NCBI GenBank assembly: GCA_049274945.1
Contig: JBASTP010000002.1
Location: forward strand, 81,216 to 145,215
Origin: Patescibacteria group bacterium
GTDB taxonomy: Bacteria > Patescibacteriota > UBA1384 > GWA2-35-9 > JBASTP01
Direction of reading: 5' to 3'
DNA: 64,000 nt
A program made the translations under genes and the position numbers. A model generated the notes under the pieces. The model was not told the origin of the DNA. It ran no database searches and saw only the letters and a list, made by a program, of their open reading frames with translations. Numbering within the stretch: the first letter of the stretch is position 1; each line of letters opens with the position of its first letter. Of this stretch, positions 35,468 through 44,195 are shown in pieces.

Positions 35468-35653
35468 CAATGCGTGTCCACACGATTGCTTATCGGCCTA
35501 GCCACTTGGTTTTTTCGAAGAATCTATCTCCCGCTGTGGTGCCGGTACCGTTGGCACACTAAGCATTGCTCCAGTTGCAAAGGCAACCGTCACGCCTGCA
35601 ACTGTGATGCTTACTTCAGACTGATCGCCCGTTTCCACACTTGGATCCGAAAC

Positions 35654-35684
35654 TAAACGCTCCCGCCGCGGGAGCGTTTTTTTT
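35654..35684 (+). terminator. Rho-independent terminator (AACGCTCCCGCCGCGGGAGCGTT plus T8)
   Basis: Perfect 10-bp stem followed by TTTTTTTT. Confidence 0.65.
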
Positions 35685-35693
35685 AGCTGGAGC

Positions 35694-36386
35694 CTATCCT
35701 TCGGTAGTAACGTAGTTTGCCGAGATCCAACCCGTTTTGCCGGGTTCGTATTCAATCTGGTACCAACCGTCCTTTGTCTCAATCAGCTTGGCACTTTGGC
35801 CCGGGTTTAATTTACCCACTTCCTGGGCGCCGGTGTTCGGCTGGGCGCGTACGCGTAGCGAGCCAATATCCTGATCTTTGAGTTTTACTGACTTTGCACC
35901 ACCACTGACCGGAGTTGCCTTAACCGATTGTACGGGATTTTCCTTCTGACTCGTTGGCTTTGCGGGCGAGGCCGATTTTGCCTTGTTAATCGCCTCCATA
36001 ATCGGAGATTTTACCCCCACCTCTTCTATAAGCTGAATCTTTTCACGATTAATCAGCGTTTCGCCTTGTGGGCCATGGAGTTCTTGACCACGCTTTACTA
36101 AGTCGAGCTTAGAACCTTCGGGCTGCGTCTCCCCCGAAGGCACCGCCCGCAGATAGTAAACATTGCGCAAAGTAACGTACTGGCTCGTTTTATTCGCTAT
36201 GGTGCCGAAGTACGCTTGGTTATTATCCAAAAATACTCCAAAGTAGCGCTCGCCGGAACTACGCGAGATTAGCTTATCGACTACCGCCGGTAGTTTTACT
36301 TGTTTTTTGGAAACTAAATAACCCAGGAACGCTCCCGATACCACGAGTGCGCTCACCACCGAAGCGATAATCGACTTAGTATGCAT
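35694..36386 (-). CDS. Membrane-anchored protein with a C-terminal bacterial SH3 (SH3b) domain
   Basis: N-terminal transmembrane segment; C-terminal GSLRVRAQPNTGAQEVGKLNPGQSAKLIETKDGWYQIEYEPGKTGWISANYV is SH3_3-like. Confidence 0.6.
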   Translation of the reverse strand: MHTKSIIASVVSALVVSGAFLGYLVSKKQVKLPAVVDKLISRSSGERYFGVFLDNNQAYFGTIANKTSQYVTLRNVYYLRAVPSGETQPEGSKLDLVKRGQELHGPQGETLINREKIQLIEEVGVKSPIMEAINKAKSASPAKPTSQKENPVQSVKATPVSGGAKSVKLKDQDIGSLRVRAQPNTGAQEVGKLNPGQSAKLIETKDGWYQIEYEPGKTGWISANYVTTEG

Positions 36387-38287
36387 TAGAACTTAGTTAC
36401 GGTAATACGGTATGTTTCCGCAGCTGGATCGGCCAGGGCTGAAACACTCACGTTACAGCGCCTTACTCGAACCGTGTCTGCGGCGCTCACGTAGCCCCAA
36501 ATTGCGGAGTTAGCGGCCGGAGATGCCGGAGTGCCGACATGGACAGAGTCGCCAGTCGCTGCTCCGGTCAAGGTAATGGCACCCGATTCCTCACAGGTGC
36601 TTGCAGCCGTGGCACCAAAATCAATGCTTGAAGTACCTGAAACAACATCAAGTAATGTGGTGGTGCCAAGGTTCAATGAAACGAGTACTGCAGCGCCGCC
36701 TGTACCGATAGACCAGTTGTCGTCAATAATAGAGACGGTGGTGGCAGAAGAGGAACCAATCGCAATGGTGTTGGCCACCGCGCCAGTGCCGATACTGATC
36801 GAGTCGGCGGTGGTGGCGCCAGTGCCAATATTAATCGTGTCGGCGTTCGTACCGGTGCCGATCGCAATGGTGCGGGTCACATTGGTAGAACCAAGGTTCA
36901 AGGTAGTGGCAGCATTGGCGACATTGAAGGTGGCAGCCGTGGTGGAAAGATCGCCACCGTTAACGGCGATGTCGCCGCCGGTTGTAATATCACCCGAGGA
37001 ACCGGTAACATCAAAATTGGTTAGATCAAGATTTGCGGTCGTGCCAATAATTGCGTTATCCGCAATAGAGATCGCATTGGTGTAATCCGAATCGGTAATA
37101 TCAATTGCCGTGGTCTGGGCCGCCGAGGCCGAGAGCGTAAGCAAGCCCGTACCGGTAATCTGCCAATCATCGCCGCCGGTGATTGCTACGGTAGTTGAAG
37201 CATTATCATTACCGATCGCAATGGCATCGGCAGTGGAACGATGAGTAGCAATATTAATGGTATCAGCGCCCGATGCCGTAACACCGCCGATATCAATCGT
37301 TTTTGTAGCGGTTGAATCGGCAAAATTAAGGAGAGTGGCCGCACCGCCGATGTTTAACGTTTCAACACCGGTGTTGAGGAGATTAACTGTCGTAGCCGAT
37401 GAAGTAATGTCATCGCCAAACTGGGCATCGCCGGCAAAGGAAATATCCCCTTCAGCGTCCACCTTAAACTTGCTGGTGCCGTCCACAGCCACTCCGAGCA
37501 ACGTCCCGTTACTTGGAGCGCTCGCCGGGTTGATGTAGACCGGCCCGTCCGCCACCCCAGATCCGCCTGGTTTGGAAGTAAACTTGATTGCTCCCTCGGC
37601 AGTATCGCCTTCGTCGGATCTAAGTAGCACCCCAGGAAGCAAGCCACCTATCTTTGCGGCATTGACATTGGTGATGGCCGATCCATCAAGCGAACCGAAA
37701 TAGCTCGAGGTGAAACTGGCAATCTTGCCGTCCTTACCGATAATTTCAACATCGCCGACTTTAATCGCCTGGCTCGTGGTGAGAGCGCCACTTGTATTGA
37801 CTAGGAGCCCTCCTGTGCCCACGCGGAAACCTTCGAGCAACGTGAGTTCTTGATTAAAGGTAGATTTGCCGGTAACTTTCCCACCGCTCAACGGCAAAAA
37901 TTGGGTAACCGAAGGAACGGGAGTCGGCTTCGGAGCCGGTGCGGGAGTTGGCGTGGGCTTGGGGGTCGCCGATGGCGCCGGTGTCTCGATTGGGTTTGGT
38001 CGCAGGGTTGGTGTAGGAGTTTGTACCGGTTTTGGGGTAGTAATCGGTTTCGACGGCTTCTGGCTATCGGCCTGGGCAAAAAAACCCGAGAAAAAATTTT
38101 TCAATGACTGAAAAATTCCCGTCTGATTATTAGAACTGTCCTGAATGCCGCGAACAACTCTGTTAGTTTGCTTATCATGGGATGCAAACGTATTACCGGA
38201 AGAACCAACAATAACTAAGCCTGCAATCGCCAGGGTTATAAAAAAGCGAAAACTAAATTTAGCCAGGTTAACTCCCCCTCCGGTCAT
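36386..38287 (-). CDS. Large surface-exposed repeat protein (Pro/Thr-rich linker plus Thr/Gly/Ala-rich beta-helix-like repeats)
   Basis: 633 aa. N-terminal transmembrane/signal segment, a PTPTP linker, and many TINIGTGATTADSISIGTG-type repeats. Upstream extended -10 (TGTTGTATAAT) and a GAGGGGAG ribosome-binding site. Confidence 0.6.
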   Translation of the reverse strand: MTGGGVNLAKFSFRFFITLAIAGLVIVGSSGNTFASHDKQTNRVVRGIQDSSNNQTGIFQSLKNFFSGFFAQADSQKPSKPITTPKPVQTPTPTLRPNPIETPAPSATPKPTPTPAPAPKPTPVPSVTQFLPLSGGKVTGKSTFNQELTLLEGFRVGTGGLLVNTSGALTTSQAIKVGDVEIIGKDGKIASFTSSYFGSLDGSAITNVNAAKIGGLLPGVLLRSDEGDTAEGAIKFTSKPGGSGVADGPVYINPASAPSNGTLLGVAVDGTSKFKVDAEGDISFAGDAQFGDDITSSATTVNLLNTGVETLNIGGAATLLNFADSTATKTIDIGGVTASGADTINIATHRSTADAIAIGNDNASTTVAITGGDDWQITGTGLLTLSASAAQTTAIDITDSDYTNAISIADNAIIGTTANLDLTNFDVTGSSGDITTGGDIAVNGGDLSTTAATFNVANAATTLNLGSTNVTRTIAIGTGTNADTINIGTGATTADSISIGTGAVANTIAIGSSSATTVSIIDDNWSIGTGGAAVLVSLNLGTTTLLDVVSGTSSIDFGATAASTCEESGAITLTGAATGDSVHVGTPASPAANSAIWGYVSAADTVRVRRCNVSVSALADPAAETYRITVTKF

Positions 38288-38365
38288 TATTAAGTACTCC
38301 CCTCTATAGTGCTTCTATAATGTATATTATACAACATTATGGCGACCTTTGCAAGTTGTCAATAG

Positions 38366-40090
38366 CTAATTGTTTGGAATTGGCTGGTTTGGCTGTACCT
38401 GATAGTAGGTTAAAATCTGCTTGGCCAGTTTGCCGAAGGTCGGCGCGGCCGAGGACTCGGCAAATTCCACATTCTTCGGCCGATCAAATTTTACGAGCAT
38501 AGCAAACTTGGGATCATCGGCCGGGAAAAAGCCGCCGAAGCTGCCAATGTGGGCATTTTCAAGGTAGCCGGCGCCGGAAGGATTGGGAATCTGGGCCGTG
38601 CCGGTTTTACCTGCCACCTTAAAACCTGGCACCTTGGCTTTTTTGCCGTGGCCGTTTTCAACCACGGAAATGAGCATCTGGGTAACCAGGTGGGCAGTTT
38701 CTGGCTTGATTGCCTCGCCCAGCTGCTTTGGTTCGAACTTAACTTCAGTGCCGTCGGGCCGGATCATTTTTTCCACAAGGTAAGGGCGCATCAGCTTGCC
38801 GCCGTTTGCCAAGGTTGCGTAGGCATTAACGAGCTGGAGCGGCGTCATGGAGATGCCTTGGCCAAATGAAAGTGTGGCGCGGTGAATGTCACGCCAATTT
38901 TTAAGCTCGGGAAGTGTGCCAGTTGTTTCGCCGCTTACATCAACGCTGGTTTTGACGCCAATGCCAAAGCGCTTAAAATTCTCATGCATCGCTTCGTTGC
39001 CGATTAAATTGGCAAGATAAACCAAACACACGTTATCGGAATTCTCAAGGCATTGAGTTACGTTTTCCTGGCCAAAACTCTTATCCTGCGCGGTGTGGAT
39101 TTCGTAGCCCTGCACCACCACCATATTAGAAAAATTACCCGAGGTTTCCGCCGTAATCTTGCCGACATTAAGCCCCCCGGCTACCACAATCGGTTTGACG
39201 ATTGATCCCGGCTCGTAGACCGCTGACACAATGGGATTTAAAAACACTTTTTGATCCTCGGGCTTGACCTCGTTAAACGTATTGGGATCGTATTCAGGAG
39301 CACTCGCCAACGCTAAAATCGCGCCGGTTTTCACATCCATTACAATCACCTGGCCGGCATCTGCCGCATACTTTTCGATCCCCTCTTGCAACGCTTGTTC
39401 AACCATAAACTGAACGTTGCTGTCTACCGTGAGGTGAAAATCAGAGCCGTCCCTGGCTTCTCTGGATCGAGCAACCGAAATAAACCGGCCCTTGTTGTCC
39501 TTCTCGGCGAGCACCGCGCCCGGCGCCCCCTTGAGCTCCGCATTGTAAAAACCTTCGATGCCGTAGCGGCCCTCTGCCTCAAAATCAACAAACCCAAGGA
39601 TATGGGCCGCAAAGGATTGTTCGGGATAAAATCGAACGTGTTCGGGAATAGTCAGAACTCCCGGGAGGGCAAGTTTTTCAATTTCCTTAGCTTTCGGTTC
39701 GTCGACGCGCCGCTTAATGGGAGGCACGTAGAGCTTTTGATTATTGATCTTCTCGAAAATCGCTTGTTCCTGATCCTTCATATCGAGTTTTTCGGCAAGC
39801 AATTTGGCCACTTGGTGGCGATCTTCGGTATTTTTAGGAACTACAAGGATTTGATATTTTGCGGCGGTTAGGGCCACGGGTACCGGACCATCCTTGCTGC
39901 GCAGGTAAATTGCTCCACGCTTGGGCGGCAATTCCTGACGGGTAAAGTGCTGGGCTTTGGCGAGTTCTTTAGCTTGAGCGTGAAAAATAATCGATTTTTC
40001 AAATAATCTCGCTACCACCGTGCCAAACAACACAAAAAAAACCACCCCAAGGATGGTGATACGATTTTGCAGGAGGGGTAGCCGTGTCAT
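38366..40090 (-). CDS. ftsI: Peptidoglycan D,D-transpeptidase FtsI/PBP2-type class B PBP
   Basis: N-terminal transmembrane anchor, dimerisation domain, and transpeptidase motifs SIVKP, SDN, KTGT. Confidence 0.85.
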   Translation of the reverse strand: MTRLPLLQNRITILGVVFFVLFGTVVARLFEKSIIFHAQAKELAKAQHFTRQELPPKRGAIYLRSKDGPVPVALTAAKYQILVVPKNTEDRHQVAKLLAEKLDMKDQEQAIFEKINNQKLYVPPIKRRVDEPKAKEIEKLALPGVLTIPEHVRFYPEQSFAAHILGFVDFEAEGRYGIEGFYNAELKGAPGAVLAEKDNKGRFISVARSREARDGSDFHLTVDSNVQFMVEQALQEGIEKYAADAGQVIVMDVKTGAILALASAPEYDPNTFNEVKPEDQKVFLNPIVSAVYEPGSIVKPIVVAGGLNVGKITAETSGNFSNMVVVQGYEIHTAQDKSFGQENVTQCLENSDNVCLVYLANLIGNEAMHENFKRFGIGVKTSVDVSGETTGTLPELKNWRDIHRATLSFGQGISMTPLQLVNAYATLANGGKLMRPYLVEKMIRPDGTEVKFEPKQLGEAIKPETAHLVTQMLISVVENGHGKKAKVPGFKVAGKTGTAQIPNPSGAGYLENAHIGSFGGFFPADDPKFAMLVKFDRPKNVEFAESSAAPTFGKLAKQILTYYQVQPNQPIPNN

Positions 40091-40298
40091 ATTTTAGAAA
40101 AATTATCTGGCTCGGGTACCGCCTCGGGCGTGCGCTCTACTCGCCTCCGGCTCGCCCTCCGCCTCGCTGCTTGGTAGCTCCTGCCCTTCGACAAGCTCGG
40201 GGTCCCGTCGTCCAGGCAGCTCAGCGGGGCAGGAGCGCTTCGCTTCCTGTGGCGCTAGCAACCCGCCTTCGGCTGGTACCTCTCGCTAAACAGCTTAA

Positions 40299-40541
40299 TT
40301 ATTTCGGAGCCTCGAGTCCTGAGTTGGTAAGTTTCTGCGCCTCGGCTAGGGACTTGAGGCGCAACGTCTCAATCTCGAGCCGCTCGTTTTCTTCCTGCAA
40401 ACCCTGTTTGGTTAGCTCGAGCTCACGCACTTTGTAATTTTTGGTCGCCGATTGGGACGACTGGGCAAGATAAAACAGCGCCAGCGCCGCCAAAATGAGC
40501 AAGGTAATGAACCGCAACGAGAGTGGTCCGACTTGGATCAC
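40299..40541 (-). CDS. ftsL: FtsL-like small membrane coiled-coil protein (GTG start; true start uncertain)
   Basis: One transmembrane segment plus a coiled-coil (ELELTKQGLQEENERLEIETLRLKS). Position between ftsI and mraZ. Confidence 0.5.
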   Translation of the reverse strand: MIQVGPLSLRFITLLILAALALFYLAQSSQSATKNYKVRELELTKQGLQEENERLEIETLRLKSLAEAQKLTNSGLEAPK

Positions 40542-41045
40542 TTGGTTAATGGTTCGCTTTTGGATCCCCAGCGCGGCGGTGTTCCGATTAGTGATGGTGA
40601 GTGAGATGGTAACTCCTTATTGAAACAAAAAAGCTTAAAGTAATTGGCGGCCGGCAGCGGTGGAAAGCTTCCCCGTGGCGTCTCTCCCGATTTTGAAGTC
40701 GTGATTGAGCCATTTTTGAGGGAACCCCTCCTTTTGCTTTGTGTTTTTTAAAGAAAGATTAGTCCTTTTTATTTTGATCCCAGCTCACCCTTAATGGGTG
40801 GGTCAGGACACATGTGCCGCTGCCGACCTATCCATAAAACAAAAATAAGTTGAAAACAGCTTGTTCATCAGCTCACGTGTGCGCTTTATGCTTCGCACCC
40901 TGCGCCACTCCGCTTGGCAGCTCAACGCACTAAGCGTGCATTTCGCTCCAGGCTGCGCGGCGGGGTTGGAGCAGCGCCTTCGGCGCTTTCCAATGCGCTA
41001 GCGACCCACGTTCGCTTGATGAACTTCGCGTTTTCTCGATAACCG

Positions 41046-41477
41046 TCAGATGTCCAACGACTGAAGGTGCGTCAGTAATTCCTCGCGCGATGATGTGGCA
41101 GTTTTCTTGAGTTTTTCCCAGCGGCTCCCCTGCCAAACCTCAATCTTGTTATACATACCGATCACCACGGCCTCAGTGCTAATACCGGCATATTCCCTAA
41201 GGAATTGCGGTATGAGCGCGCGGCCCTGGCGGTCGAATTCTACTTCTATTGCCCCTGATAGCATAAACCTCGCAAAGGCGCGGCCCTTGGGGTTACTCAT
41301 GGGAATAGCTGCCAATTTCTGGGCTAGTTTTTCCCACTCTGCTCGCGGATACACTACTAAATTAACATCGTCACCTCGGGTAATTACGGCACCCTTGCCT
41401 AGTTCTCTGCGAAACCGGTATGGCATGGCCAAGCGACCTTTTCCGTCAATTGTGTGCTCGAATTCTCCGATAAACAT
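41046..41477 (-). CDS. mraZ: Transcriptional regulator MraZ
   Basis: Duplicated SpoVT/AbrB-like halves with DxxxR motifs (IDGKGRLAMP / FDRQGRALIP). Confidence 0.85.
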   Translation of the reverse strand: MFIGEFEHTIDGKGRLAMPYRFRRELGKGAVITRGDDVNLVVYPRAEWEKLAQKLAAIPMSNPKGRAFARFMLSGAIEVEFDRQGRALIPQFLREYAGISTEAVVIGMYNKIEVWQGSRWEKLKKTATSSREELLTHLQSLDI

Positions 41478-41519
41478 GGCTAATATGTGCAGGTGCTGGG
41501 AGTAGTACCCGCTTTCCCC

Positions 41520-41566
41520 TAGTTATCCACTTATTCTACTACTTTTCCCCACTTTTATCCACAATA
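41520..41566 (-). promoter_or_regulatory. MraZ-box-like direct repeats (GTGGATAAAA / GTGGGGAAAA / GTAGTAGAAT / GTGGATAACT, about 10-12 bp periodicity) upstream of mraZ
   Basis: Minus strand reads TTGTGGATAAAAGTGGGGAAAAGTAGTAGAATAAGTGGATAACTAGG, 40-85 nt upstream of the mraZ ATG. Resembles the E. coli GTGGG-repeat MraZ operator. Also contains a perfect DnaA-box 9-mer, TTATCCACA. Confidence 0.5.
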
Positions 41567-41702
41567 GTAACATGGCTTGGATCCTTGTCAAGCCCCCCTC
41601 CCACTCTGCCCCACTAAGGCGCCCTACTCACTCTGCGTACGCCCAATAAACAAAAAAAGCGTTCCTCTATCGGAACGCTAGTAACTGCCTATTAGTTTTC
41701 GA

Positions 41703-42488
41703 CTAAGTACCGGCAAACACGGTGTACTGTTTACTAGGCACCATGAGAAAGGCTGATTCTGTTTTCAAGAGGCTCATGAAGGTCGGGTAGTGAATAATTT
41801 CGTTAATATCATGGGGCGACCTCACTTGGAGATCTAGGCTTTGGATGTCTGTATCAAACTCGTGGCCTTTCAAATTTCCAGCGATTACTTTGGCTGTTTT
41901 GACCAATCGCACATCACCGATGACCTCAATGAGAAGCTCAAAATCATTACCGCAGTATTGTGCAAGTAACTCAACATTCTGCTGAGAAAGTAACATTCGT
42001 GACGCTCCATAACAGCCCGCCGCGGTGATTCCAAAACAGCAGATTAGCCGCTTGCCCCAGGGTGTCGTGGTCGCTAGTGCAACGCCGTAATCACGATTGC
42101 CGTGCACCAATTTGTACTGGGAACCAGTGATGATATCGTTTAACGCATTGCCTCGCCCAATAGTGAACCGCCGGGCGGGAATCGCTTTAAGGATTGATCG
42201 TACCAGCAGACACTTGGTCAGGCAACCAACAACAACGAGGTGCTGATCTTGAGGGACCGCATCATCGCTAGGCCGCCACGTATTCATTATACCTACTGGG
42301 TAGAGCTGCCCAAACATCATCTGAAACTCGCTGGTCACTCGCCAGTAGTCGGTCGGTCTGTTAGGATCTTTCCTGTATGTAGGCGGGATAAGTAGAAAGC
42401 TCGGCCTGAGACCGCCGTAGATTCGCATGAAACGAGAATAAGTAAGCAGTATTGTGTCTTGGGGTCCATTGGTGCTGACCTCAACCAT
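41703..42488 (-). CDS. Hypothetical protein (261 aa), possibly with a Rossmann-like core; own promoter
   Basis: Upstream TTGCAA-16-TATATAAT and a GGAGGTG ribosome-binding site. Gly-rich segments (VVVGCLTK..., ICCFGITAAGCYG). No family recognised. Confidence 0.45.
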   Translation of the reverse strand: MVEVSTNGPQDTILLTYSRFMRIYGGLRPSFLLIPPTYRKDPNRPTDYWRVTSEFQMMFGQLYPVGIMNTWRPSDDAVPQDQHLVVVGCLTKCLLVRSILKAIPARRFTIGRGNALNDIITGSQYKLVHGNRDYGVALATTTPWGKRLICCFGITAAGCYGASRMLLSQQNVELLAQYCGNDFELLIEVIGDVRLVKTAKVIAGNLKGHEFDTDIQSLDLQVRSPHDINEIIHYPTFMSLLKTESAFLMVPSKQYTVFAGT

Positions 42489-42686
42489 AACAACATCACC
42501 TCCAAAAATTCACGTGCAACTACTTGGATTATATACCTATCTAGACCTAGGTTGCAAGAGTATTGTGACGCTCTCTGGAAAATCGCGAGGCCTTAGCGCT
42601 CTTGTTTGCTGTAGTATACAACCGCAGCGATTGTTGCGAGGACCAGGAGACCGAAAATGATTAGAACAATGTTTTCCGGTTTCATA

Positions 42687-42884
42687 TCACTTTTTATTTT
42701 TTTGCCGCTTATCGTATTCCATCGCAAAAATAAACAGGAACAAACCCATCGCAAGCGATGCGGTATAAACAATTAATAGATTCAATCCAACATCTGTGGT
42801 CATTGGTTTGCATTTTTGGACAGTAATCCAGCAAGAGTCACAAAGCCAACTGCTATGATTATACCGACAGCCACAGTGTACCAT
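42687..42884 (-). CDS. Small hypothetical membrane protein (65 aa)
   Basis: C-terminal transmembrane helix (LLIVYTASLAMGLFLFIFAM). Low confidence because of its size. Confidence 0.3.
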   Translation of the reverse strand: MVHCGCRYNHSSWLCDSCWITVQKCKPMTTDVGLNLLIVYTASLAMGLFLFIFAMEYDKRQKNKK

Positions 42885-43009
42885 TTAATCGGCGCCGGCA
42901 AAGTTGGGAGAAATGCTCCCACTACCAGTGACCCAAAAATAATTTTGCCACCATCCAGGAAGAATTCGGAAAAGACTTTTCTCATCGGCTCATTCCCATT
43001 GTAACTCAT
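42800..43009 (-). CDS. Small hypothetical membrane protein (69 aa; overlaps the previous ORF)
   Basis: Two predicted transmembrane helices. A further 33-aa transmembrane ORF lies at 42583-42685. Confidence 0.3.
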   Translation of the reverse strand: MSYNGNEPMRKVFSEFFLDGGKIIFGSLVVGAFLPTLPAPIKWYTVAVGIIIAVGFVTLAGLLSKNANQ

Positions 43010-43164
43010 AGAGACTCTTGACTCAACGTGTGCCCATTGACATCCCCACTAACCCCAACCCGCGCTCAATGCGCACCCCCTCCCGATGTCACATCGGGAG
43101 GGTTTTTATGAGATTTTTTTAGCCAAATAATCCTTGAGCTCCTTGAGCTTTACTCGTTCTTGTT

Positions 43165-44169
43165 TTAACTCTTAAAGACTTTCTCGCGCTCTTCTTGATA
43201 ATTTGGATCAAAAGTAATTTTCGTAGCGGTGACTAAAAACACTGGAATATCATTGGGGAGTTTATCAAGATCCAAAGCGCCCATTCTTTCTAAATCCTGT
43301 CTCTCAAGGCGTTTTTTAACTATACCCTCAAACCTTACGGCACGTTTATTCGTATTAACATTCATAAGTCCTGTTGTCTCCTGACTTCTATTAAAAATAA
43401 ACTCTTCGTCAACTGGAATATTAAAGATGACACAAGATTGCATCTCTTTTTTAGAGGCTTCTCCTCCGAGGTAGAATAAAATTGGTCTTTGAGATGCATA
43501 TACCCCCTCATCCCAAGCGTTAGCCACGCCTGGAATAAGCATAAAATCAGAACCATCAGCGACCTTATCTGATTCAATACTGCTTACGTGAAAATATGAA
43601 GTATGCTCTTTGATTTGATGTTCAATCTGTTCATAAACTATTCGTTGTGCCCGCATCTCCTTAAGATTATCACGTCCCATTTTAATCATACCACTTACAC
43701 TATCCAGAATTGCCCATCGCTCGTTTGGTTCAGTGGTCTCTCTCAGCCCCTGTAATTTACCTATCTCTTCATCCAACCAAGCCAAAATCATCCGATAATC
43801 TCGCATAGGCAACGGTTCGTGATTTTTATGCAGTTTTGTCATCATTTCTGATAAGAAATCCTGCTCATTTTGAGATTCTGAACGCAGATGCTCAAGAACG
43901 ACTAAAGTTTTTTCAGACCCCGATTCTTTGACTATACAATCGACAACTAGATCGGGTGATTTAAGAGTTAATTCGACCATTTTTTTTGGATTACTGGAAC
44001 CAAATTCAATAACTTGATGAGCTAATTCACGGGCCTTTTGCAGCCTTGGTTTATTGGTCGCATTCAATTCGTCAATAAGTTGTGATTCTAACATTACGGT
44101 GTTGCCACCGTTGCTTTGTTCTAAGGAGGTATTTTCTGGTTTAGGTTGTTCTATTTTTTCTTCATCCAT
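43165..44169 (-). CDS. Hypothetical protein (334 aa) in an AT-rich islet
   Basis: GC visibly lower (about 38%) than the flanking core genes. No recognised domain. Confidence 0.5.
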   Translation of the reverse strand: MDEEKIEQPKPENTSLEQSNGGNTVMLESQLIDELNATNKPRLQKARELAHQVIEFGSSNPKKMVELTLKSPDLVVDCIVKESGSEKTLVVLEHLRSESQNEQDFLSEMMTKLHKNHEPLPMRDYRMILAWLDEEIGKLQGLRETTEPNERWAILDSVSGMIKMGRDNLKEMRAQRIVYEQIEHQIKEHTSYFHVSSIESDKVADGSDFMLIPGVANAWDEGVYASQRPILFYLGGEASKKEMQSCVIFNIPVDEEFIFNRSQETTGLMNVNTNKRAVRFEGIVKKRLERQDLERMGALDLDKLPNDIPVFLVTATKITFDPNYQEEREKVFKS

Positions 44170-44195
44170 TTGTCGTGATTACTATTTATAAAGAT

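Noticed and set aside
34748-35470. 240-aa ORF on the minus strand, fully antisense to the plus-strand ORF 34724-35467
   Set aside because: Its composition is F/R/L/C-rich and looks like an antisense artefact. The plus-strand product has a normal K/E/D-rich composition, so only the plus ORF is kept.
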